A program made the position numbers and the translations under genes. The notes beneath the pieces were generated by a model. It saw nothing but the letters and a program-made list of their open reading frames with translations, was not told the origin of the DNA and ran no database searches. A stretch of 64,000 nt of DNA from Gemmatimonas sp. Its GTDB lineage: Bacteria > Gemmatimonadota > Gemmatimonadetes > Gemmatimonadales > Gemmatimonadaceae. Of this stretch, positions 9,852 to 17,300 are shown in pieces (positions within the stretch are counted from its first letter, which is position 1; each line of letters begins with the position of its first letter). The stretch is taken from the NCBI GenBank assembly GCA_965279375.1, contig OZ257156.1, positions 480,001 through 544,000 on the forward strand, in the 5' to 3' direction.

Positions 9852-9981
9852 CGCGTTGGCAGGCATTGGCATGGCGTTGGTCAGCGCGCAGAATGTGGCA
9901 GACTCTGAAACCCGTGCTCCGCCGAACATCGGGCCCGGCGCGCGCGTAGATCGAAAGTTACTTCCCCTCACCACTGTCTAC

Positions 9982-12435
9982 ATGCGACGCCTACTGACCG
10001 CTGTGTCCCTCGCCGTCCCGTCCCTGCTCGGCGCGCAGACCTTCGACTTCTCCATCAAGAATATGATGCGCGGCCCGGAGGTCTACGGGCGCGAGCCGGC
10101 CAACGTGCGCTGGAGCGCTGACGGCAAGTTCGTCTACTTCAACTGGCTGCCGGCCGGTTCGGATTGGCGAGACCAGCTCAAGCCGTATCGCGTGCGCGCG
10201 GTGCCGGGGGCGAAGCCGGAGCTGGTGACCGAGGCGCAGCTCGATTCGGTGGGGCCGCTGCTGGTGCAGGGCGTGCCGTCCCCCGATCGCACGCGTCGAC
10301 TCATCGAGTATCGCGGCGACGTGTACCTGATGGATGTGAAGAAGGGCACGCTGCGACATCTCACGGAAACGTTGGCGCAGGAGTCAAGCGCGCGCTGGTC
10401 GCCGGACGGGCAGCGCGTGTTGTTCGTGCGTGACGGGAATGGGTACTCCATCGAGCTCAGCACAGGACTCGAGAAGCAGCTGACGGACATCCGCACAGCA
10501 GACGCGGGCGCGGCGGCCGCCGCTGCTCCGGCGTTCGGTCGTGGCGGTGGTGGCGGCGCGCAGGGTGGCGGGCGTGGTGCAGCTGGCGCACCGCCGGTGG
10601 GCGGTCGCGGTGCGGCCGGCGGCGCGCAGGGTGGCCGAGGAGGCGACACGCAACGCAGTGCGCTCGAGCGCGATCAGCGGCAGCTGTTCGAGGTCATTCG
10701 TGACAACGCGCGCGCCGATTCCATCCGGCGTGCTGATGCAGCGGCACGCGCCGCTGCGCCGATCAAGAGCGCACTGCTTGGTGCAGGCGAACGACTGGGC
10801 CAGGTGTCGGTGAGTCCGGCCGGCAACGCCGTGATCTTCACGACGACCACTGCCGCTGCAGATGCGCGCGCGGGTATCGTCCCCAACTACGTCACGGCCA
10901 GCGGCTTCACCGAGGACATTCCCAATCGCACCAAGGTGGGCGATGCGCAGAACGTCTCGCGCATTGGCTATCAGTCGTTGCCCAAGGGCGACGTGAAGTG
11001 GCTGCGCACGATCGACTCCGATTCGCTGATCGCCAACTCCAACGTGGTGGCGTGGAACGACGCGGGCACGCAGGCGCTCGTCGTCGGCTCGAGCCGCAAC
11101 TTCAAGACGCGGCAGCTCTCCGCGCTGGATGCGGCCACCGGCACGCTGACGGCGCTCGAAGTGCTGAAGGACAGCGCGTGGGTGGGCGGCCCGTGCGGCT
11201 TCGGCTGCGCGGGCTTCTACGACGGCGACAAGCGCGTGTACTGGGTGAGCGAAGCGAGTGGCTACGCACAGCTCTGGTCGGCGGCAGCGGACGGCACCGA
11301 CAAGAAGCAGCTGACGTCCGGCAACTTCGAGATCTACGACCTCGCGCTCTCCAACGATCGGCAGTCGTTCCTGTTTCACTCGAGCGAAGTCTCGCCGTTC
11401 GATCGCGACCTGTGGAGCATGAAGATCACTGGCGGCGCGCGCACCAAGCTCACGCCGCAGGTTGGCGGCCATCAGGTGGCGCTCTCGCCCGACGAGCAGT
11501 GGATGGCCGACGTCTATTCTCGCACCAACCGCCCGCCTGAGCTCTATCTCGTCAAGCGTGGTGCGACTTCGATGCCTGAGCCCGTGACGACATCGCCCAC
11601 GGCCGAATTCCTCTCGTACAAGTGGCGCGATCCGGAGATCGTGCAGATCCCTGCATCTGACGGTGTGAAGGTGCCAGCGCACTTCTACAAGCCCGCCGAT
11701 TTCGGCGTGCCGTCCAATGGGGCCGCTGTCATCTTCGTGCACGGCGCTGGCTACATGCACAACATCCATCACTACTGGAAGAGTTCGTACCCGCGCGAGT
11801 ACATGTTCAACCACTATCTCGCGTCCAAGGGCTACACGGTCATCGACGTGGACTACCGCGGCAGCGCGGGCTACAGCCGCGATTGGCGCACGGCGATCTA
11901 CCGCTTCATGGGCGGTCGTGACCTGCAGGATCAGGTGGACGCCTCCAAGTACCTCACGGCCAACTTCGGCATCGCGCCGGAGCGCATCGGCATGTACGGA
12001 GGCAGCTACGGCGGCTTCATGACGCTGATGGCGCTCTTCACCGAGCCCAAGTACTTCGGCGCCGGCGCCGCGCTGCGTTCGGTCACCGACTGGGCGCACT
12101 ACAACCACGGCTACACGGGGCAGATTCTCAACCTGCCGCAGAACGACTCCATCGCGTACCACCGGTCCTCGCCGATTTTCCATGCGGAAGGGCTCGAGGA
12201 TCCGCTGCTGATGCTGCACGGCATGATCGACACGAACGTCAACTTCCAGGACATCGTGCGGCTAACGCAGCGTCTCATCGAGCTGGGGAAGACCGATTGG
12301 GACCTCGCCGTCTTCCCGGTCGAGGATCACTCCTTCACCCGTCCATCGTCGTGGGCTGACGAGTATCGCCGCATCTTCGAGTTCTTCGAGAAGACGGTCG
12401 GCCCCAAGGGATCGAAGGCGAAGTCCGCCCCGTAG
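9982..12435 (+). CDS. S9 prolyl oligopeptidase / dipeptidyl-peptidase IV-like, exported
   Basis: GGSYGG nucleophile, HGMIDTNV (Asp), EDH (His), DYRGSAGY, beta-propeller N-terminus. Start at ATG 9982. Confidence 0.92.
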   Translation: MRRLLTAVSLAVPSLLGAQTFDFSIKNMMRGPEVYGREPANVRWSADGKFVYFNWLPAGSDWRDQLKPYRVRAVPGAKPELVTEAQLDSVGPLLVQGVPSPDRTRRLIEYRGDVYLMDVKKGTLRHLTETLAQESSARWSPDGQRVLFVRDGNGYSIELSTGLEKQLTDIRTADAGAAAAAAPAFGRGGGGGAQGGGRGAAGAPPVGGRGAAGGAQGGRGGDTQRSALERDQRQLFEVIRDNARADSIRRADAAARAAAPIKSALLGAGERLGQVSVSPAGNAVIFTTTTAAADARAGIVPNYVTASGFTEDIPNRTKVGDAQNVSRIGYQSLPKGDVKWLRTIDSDSLIANSNVVAWNDAGTQALVVGSSRNFKTRQLSALDAATGTLTALEVLKDSAWVGGPCGFGCAGFYDGDKRVYWVSEASGYAQLWSAAADGTDKKQLTSGNFEIYDLALSNDRQSFLFHSSEVSPFDRDLWSMKITGGARTKLTPQVGGHQVALSPDEQWMADVYSRTNRPPELYLVKRGATSMPEPVTTSPTAEFLSYKWRDPEIVQIPASDGVKVPAHFYKPADFGVPSNGAAVIFVHGAGYMHNIHHYWKSSYPREYMFNHYLASKGYTVIDVDYRGSAGYSRDWRTAIYRFMGGRDLQDQVDASKYLTANFGIAPERIGMYGGSYGGFMTLMALFTEPKYFGAGAALRSVTDWAHYNHGYTGQILNLPQNDSIAYHRSSPIFHAEGLEDPLLMLHGMIDTNVNFQDIVRLTQRLIELGKTDWDLAVFPVEDHSFTRPSSWADEYRRIFEFFEKTVGPKGSKAKSAP

Positions 12436-13397
12436 CCGCTCTCGTCGAGAAGGCGCTGCGGATCCTTCGTGTTGAAGATCTCTCGTAACGCGGCGGTCTT
12501 GTCGGTCTGCTTGGCGTAGTACGCCTGCGCGACGCGGTAGCCCATGTAGTAGCCCAGATCCTTCGGGCGCGCGTTCACGTCCTTGCTCGAGAACCACCCC
12601 TCGAACGAGGACGTGAGCATCGCGCCGCGAAATTCCTCCCAGAGCTGCTGTTCGCGTCCGGGCTTGGCGTGCACCCACGCGTGCAGGTGAGCGTTGATGT
12701 TGTCCCCGGTGAGCAACTCGGCGACGAAGTCCGCGCCGCCCTCCCGCAGCGACTGCGCGAGCAGCGTGTTCTGGCCAATGTGCTGCTGGTAGTGAATGAG
12801 CTCGTGCGCCACGATGGCCGGGACCCGACTCACCGGCGCCAGCACCTGCTTGAGCCAATCCGACAGCCCGGCCAGCGCCGCGTCGCTCGTGCGTCCGTAC
12901 ATCTCGGCGCCGATCAGCAGTCCACTCGGCCCCGTGGTACCGCCCGACGACAGGCGGCCAATCACGAAGTACACGTCGGGGAAGACCGCGTCCGGATAGA
13001 GCTCGTGCAGCTTATCGAAGGCCGCACGGATTCTGGGCTCATCCTGCGCGATCTGTCGCGTGCTCTCGCGCGCCGATTCGTAGTAGCCCGGCACCTTGTC
13101 GATGGTCAGCGCGAAGGTTTTCGCATCGGTCAGCCGCAAGCGGATCCAGTCCTTGAGCCCCGGCGTCGCTGGTTTGAAGTACAGCGAGTCCATCGCGCGC
13201 GCGGTCCCCAGTTCGGCGCGCGCGTCGAACGCCTGCCAGAAACGATCGATGTCCTCGGTGATGAGCCGAGCGGCGAGGGGATCGCGACCGGTCTGCGCAG
13301 CGGCTGGCGTGGCGTCGAGGGACGCGATGATCCCAGCGAAAGAGAGCGCGACGAGGAGGCGAGCGGCTGAGCGACGTGCTGAGCACTGTGCAGTCAT
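12327..13397 (-). CDS. DUF2268-like putative Zn-dependent protease, exported
   Basis: AHELIHYQQ, EGGADF and DLGYYMGY motifs, signal peptide. Confidence 0.82.
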   Translation of the reverse strand: MTAQCSARRSAARLLVALSFAGIIASLDATPAAAQTGRDPLAARLITEDIDRFWQAFDARAELGTARAMDSLYFKPATPGLKDWIRLRLTDAKTFALTIDKVPGYYESARESTRQIAQDEPRIRAAFDKLHELYPDAVFPDVYFVIGRLSSGGTTGPSGLLIGAEMYGRTSDAALAGLSDWLKQVLAPVSRVPAIVAHELIHYQQHIGQNTLLAQSLREGGADFVAELLTGDNINAHLHAWVHAKPGREQQLWEEFRGAMLTSSFEGWFSSKDVNARPKDLGYYMGYRVAQAYYAKQTDKTAALREIFNTKDPQRLLDESGYGADFAFDPLGPTVFSKNSKMRRYSSAHDDGRVKE

Positions 13398-13574
13398 GAA
13401 CAGTTTGACTGGGGTGCGTTGTTAGAGGGTTTGAACTCGGCAGCGGGTCGCCGCTCCAACAGGTCGGAGTGCAGTTTCTGGTGGAGGCACATCCAGATGC
13501 CGGCAGCATCCGTAGCGAACGAGTAAGCTGCGCCAAAGAACCGGTCGTGTCACCATACCCCCACGAGACATTTC

Positions 13575-14393
13575 ATGAGTCGATTACCGATCGCTGTGCT
13601 CGCACTCTCGACGCTCGCGCTCGCCGCGCCGCTCGCTGCGCACGACATGTTTTGGCGCCTCACATCGTACTTCGTCGCGCCATCCGCACCCGCTGTCCTG
13701 CCGGTGCTCAACGGCACGTTCTCGCGCAGTGAGAACTCGATCGCGTGGTCACGGGTGTCGGACCTCAGCGTTCTATCGCCGGCGGGCAGAGCACCGATGG
13801 ATAGCGCGCACTGGAAGACAGCGGGCGACACCAGCCTGCTGGAGTACACCACCAGCGCCACTGGCACGTACGTCGTTGGTCTGTCCACGAAGCCAACAGA
13901 GTTCCAGCTCGATGCCAAGGCATTCAACAGCTACCTCGCGGACGACGGCATCCCCGACATTCTCGCGCAACGCCGGAAGGACGGGTCCTTGGGCAAGACG
14001 GCGCGCGAGCGCTACTCCAAGCACATCAAGGCGATCTTCCAGGTGGGCGCCACGCGAAGCGACGGTTGGAAGTCGGTCCTCGGCTACCCGGCCGAGCTGG
14101 TCCCGCTCGACAACCCGTACACTCTCGCCCCGGGCGCCACGCTGCGACTGCGCTGCCTGGTGGACGGGAAGCCGGTCGCCAATCAACTCGTCGTCATCGG
14201 CGGTCGCGCTGGTACGACCGGCGACACGCGCCTCCCATCGCGCGAAGTGCGCAGCGACGCCGACGGCATCGCTACCGTGCCGCTCGCCAAGGCAGGGCGC
14301 TGGTACGTCAAGTTCATTCACATGGTGCCGGTCGCTGACGGACGCGTCGACTACGAGTCCAAGTGGGCAACGATCACCTTCGAGGTACGCTGA
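13575..14393 (+). CDS. DUF4198-family periplasmic protein (putative Ni/Co-binding)
   Basis: Signal peptide followed by AHDMFW, then FNSYLADDG, ERYSKHIKA, ELVPLDNPY and YESKWATITF motifs. Confidence 0.82.
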   Translation: MSRLPIAVLALSTLALAAPLAAHDMFWRLTSYFVAPSAPAVLPVLNGTFSRSENSIAWSRVSDLSVLSPAGRAPMDSAHWKTAGDTSLLEYTTSATGTYVVGLSTKPTEFQLDAKAFNSYLADDGIPDILAQRRKDGSLGKTARERYSKHIKAIFQVGATRSDGWKSVLGYPAELVPLDNPYTLAPGATLRLRCLVDGKPVANQLVVIGGRAGTTGDTRLPSREVRSDADGIATVPLAKAGRWYVKFIHMVPVADGRVDYESKWATITFEVR

Positions 14394-14412
14394 AGGCGAC
14401 GTTGGAACTCCC

Positions 14413-14743
14413 TTGCAGCTCGACCTGCGAGCCAATCTCTGCCACGCGATTGGGTGGCAGCTGAAAAAGCTGCTGGCGGGGCGCGCATCATGACGGCGAG
14501 ATACTTGATGCGCACCACCAGCACGAGCGACCACAGAAACAGCGATACCACGCCAAGCGGCTTCGCCCTGTTCGGATCGATGCCGTAGCCACCGACAAAC
14601 GCGTCCTGCAGCGCGTGCAGCGGGCTCGTGCCAAGGTGTCCGAAGACCACGCCCATCGCGCCGAGTGCGAGCGCGATGGTGCCGGAGGTATGCGCGGCGG
14701 CGGCGGTAGCTCGCGGCGATTTGGAAGAGCGATTGACGGACAG
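14413..14743 (-). pseudogene. kup: kup (KUP/HAK/KT K+ transporter) remnant with large internal deletion
   Basis: N-terminal ALGAMGVVFGHLGTSPLHAL...LGVVSLFLWSLVLVVRIKYLAVMMRA is joined, in other frames, to the Kup C-terminus ARPASSFF / QLPPNRVAEIGSQVEL. Confidence 0.88.
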
Positions 14744-14777
14744 CTGCTGCGGGAGAGTCGTGAAGAGGGGGACCGTC

Positions 14778-16337
14778 CTACCGCTTCACGATCGCGGCGG
14801 CTCGGTCGAGTAGTGCATTCAGCTCCGCACGCGCGAGGTATCGACCGTTCAGCACCACCGCCGCGATGCGCTTGGTATTGGCGATGTCGTCCAGCGGATT
14901 GGCGTCCAGCAGGACCATGTCGGCCAGCTTGCCCACAGCGATGGTCCCCAACTCCGTTTCGCGCTTGAGGAACCGTGCGGGATTGATGGTCGCGGTTTGC
15001 AACGCGGCCAGCGGTGTGAGACCGCCTTTCACCAGCAGCGACAGCTCGTCGTGCAGGCTGAACCCGAAGAACAGAAACGGGAACGTGTTGTCCACGTCCG
15101 TACCGGCCAGCAGGAGCGCGCCACCCTTCTGCAGGTCCGCGGGCATGCGCAGCCGATTGGCCACCTCGCGATCGCGCTCGGCGAACACGGTGTCCGGACC
15201 GCGCGGTCCGTACGTGAACTGGCCTTGGAGCACACCCGCGTCCAACGTCATGTCGGTACGCCACTGCATGACTCTGGCGGGCGATACGTAGCGCAGGCGC
15301 GGATCCTTGAACCGATTCGCGAACTCATCGCTTCGCGGATAGTCCGGATTGAAGCGCGTTTCCATTTCGACGAGCGTCGGCACGAACCAGGTGCCATTCC
15401 GCGCAAACCGTTCGCCCAGTTGCCGACACTTCTCGGGACTGTACGTGTTCACGCCGAGCACGAACGCCGAGTCTTCGGTGGCGGCATAGCGTTGGTCTTC
15501 GCCTTGCGCACGGAGGGTGATGAGATCGCGCAGCTGTCGCCGCATCACATCTTCGGCGGTCGCGCACGACAGGCGATGCCGGTACGAGTGTTCGATGCTC
15601 CGCATGCCCGCGTCCGATGCTTCGGCCGCCGTGATCGCCAGCGGCACGTGCCCCGCGAGCGGTATGTCGAGCCGACGCGCTTCGTCCGCCGCGGCAAGAA
15701 AGACCTCGCGGGATAGGTTCGTGTAGACCTTGATGAAGTCGAGTCCCGCTTGCTTGCGTCGCTGCATCTCGGCGCGCATCGCCGCCGGACTGTCGATGGC
15801 CACGTATGTGCCGCGTGACTTGGGCGACCCGTCGATGATCCTTCCGCTGGCCACAAACCGCGGGCCCAAACTGTCGCCGCGCTCGACGGCGCGGCGCAGC
15901 GCGACAATTTCTTCGACTGGCTTCACGGCCGCCGGATCGCGCACGCCGGTCACCCCGTTGGCCACGTTGAGCAGCGACGACCACTCCCACCGGTCCAGCG
16001 AATGGCTGTGCATATCCCACAGCCCCGGGATCAGGACCTTGCCACGAGCGTCGATAGTGCGGGCGCCGTGTGGAACGCGCACGTTCGGCCCCACAGACGC
16101 GATCCGATTGCCCGACACCACGACCGTGTAGTCGCGGGAGAGCTGCCCCGTCTCGACATCCACAATCGACACATGCGTGAGGGCGAATGGCTGCACCGTT
16201 CTTGCGCGACGCGGCGACGCGTTTCGTGTCGAGCCCGGTGCGACCGGCTGCGCTTGCGCGTCGGCGACAATGCCGAGCATCAACACGCAACACACTGCAC
16301 CCTTCACCACACCGAAGAGAGCGTACGCAGTCTGCAT
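14778..16337 (-). CDS. Exported amidohydrolase
   Basis: PGLWDMHSH, DFIKVY, AGHVP, SIEH, AGTD, ATINPA and GKLADMVLLDANPL motifs. Start uncertain (16337 or 16376). Confidence 0.88.
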   Translation of the reverse strand: MQTAYALFGVVKGAVCCVLMLGIVADAQAQPVAPGSTRNASPRRARTVQPFALTHVSIVDVETGQLSRDYTVVVSGNRIASVGPNVRVPHGARTIDARGKVLIPGLWDMHSHSLDRWEWSSLLNVANGVTGVRDPAAVKPVEEIVALRRAVERGDSLGPRFVASGRIIDGSPKSRGTYVAIDSPAAMRAEMQRRKQAGLDFIKVYTNLSREVFLAAADEARRLDIPLAGHVPLAITAAEASDAGMRSIEHSYRHRLSCATAEDVMRRQLRDLITLRAQGEDQRYAATEDSAFVLGVNTYSPEKCRQLGERFARNGTWFVPTLVEMETRFNPDYPRSDEFANRFKDPRLRYVSPARVMQWRTDMTLDAGVLQGQFTYGPRGPDTVFAERDREVANRLRMPADLQKGGALLLAGTDVDNTFPFLFFGFSLHDELSLLVKGGLTPLAALQTATINPARFLKRETELGTIAVGKLADMVLLDANPLDDIANTKRIAAVVLNGRYLARAELNALLDRAAAIVKR

Positions 16338-16463
16338 GGGATCAAGTGTCGTGATCGTGCCGATGGATGCCGACACGTGCGGGCGAAGATTCGATCCGCC
16401 CCGGAGGGTCCCGCGAATCTACGCCGGAATTCTCGCGCCGCGGCGCGTCGGCCTTCGGCTCGT

Positions 16464-16480
16464 TTGACCAAATTCGTCAA
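16464..16480 (+). promoter_or_regulatory. Inverted repeat TTGAC-N7-GTCAA upstream of the TA operon, candidate autoregulatory operator
   Basis: TTGACCAAATTCGTCAA lies about 45 bp before the antitoxin ATG. Confidence 0.45.
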
Positions 16481-16526
16481 GCCGACGTTGTTTCGAGCGT
16501 CCTCCCCTCTCCCGACCGGAGCCGCC

Positions 16527-16784
16527 ATGCCGACACGCGTCGTTCGCGAAGCCGTCAGCCTCTACGAGGCGAAAACGCACCTCTCCGCGTTGGTCGATCG
16601 CGCCGCGGCGGGCGAGGAGAGCATCCTGATGAAGTCCGGTACGCCGATGGCGATGCTGGTGCCCCTCGACGACACCAAGCGCAAGCGCGTCGCAGGCCAA
16701 GGGCGCGGCCTGTGGCACGTCGCGCCAGACTTCGATGCCCCGTTGCCGGCGGACACCTTGGCCGAGTTCGACAGCGACCAGTGA
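16527..16784 (+). CDS. Phd/YefM-family antitoxin
   Basis: VSLYEAKTHLSALVDRAAAGEE...K.G.P.A.LVP and DFDAPLP motifs, GGAG RBS. Confidence 0.92.
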   Translation: MPTRVVREAVSLYEAKTHLSALVDRAAAGEESILMKSGTPMAMLVPLDDTKRKRVAGQGRGLWHVAPDFDAPLPADTLAEFDSDQ

Positions 16785-17152
16785 GAACGTTGCTGGACAC
16801 GCACGTGCTCATCTGGTGGGACTCGGGAGCGGAGCTGTCTGCGGAAGCCGCTGAAGCGATCCGGGCAGCCACCGACGTCTACGTGAGCGCGGCGTCCGCC
16901 TGGGAAGTCGCCATCAAGCGCACACTCGGCAAGCTGTCCGGTACGCGGACAGTGAGTGACGCGGCCATCGCGTCGGGCTTTACGGAGGTACCCGTACTCA
17001 TGCGACACGCCGAGGCGGTGGAACGCCTGCCATCGCATCACCGCGATCCGTTCGATCGGCTGCTGGTCGCTCAAGCGCTCGTCGAGCGGCTGGTCATCGT
17101 CACGCGGAACCCGGAGATCGTGCAATACAACGTGGACGTCGTGCTGGCCTAG
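16781..17152 (+). CDS. vapC: PIN-domain (VapC-family) toxin
   Basis: LLDTHVLIW, VSAASAWEVAIK and HRDPFDRLLVAQA motifs, GTGA overlap with the antitoxin stop. Confidence 0.92.
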   Translation: MRTLLDTHVLIWWDSGAELSAEAAEAIRAATDVYVSAASAWEVAIKRTLGKLSGTRTVSDAAIASGFTEVPVLMRHAEAVERLPSHHRDPFDRLLVAQALVERLVIVTRNPEIVQYNVDVVLA

Positions 17153-17300
17153 ACGACGCGCACGAGATTGCCCGGAGGCCGCCCCGGCCCCAACATAGAA
17201 CTGTCCACCCGCGTTTCCCTTTCGGTCCGGTGCGCGGTGCCGGCGACAGTCCCCCTCTATGATCGACGGCCGCGATCCGGCCGTCTCCCGGGAGCCCTTC

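Noticed and set aside
13398..13574. Possible gene remnant or small RNA in the divergent spacer
   Set aside because: I found no recognisable motif or convincing structure by eye.
16466..16500. AATTCGTCAAGCCGACG resembles the left arm of an integron attC site
   Set aside because: There is no RYYYAAC/GTTRRRY pair, no complementary right arm and no integrase.
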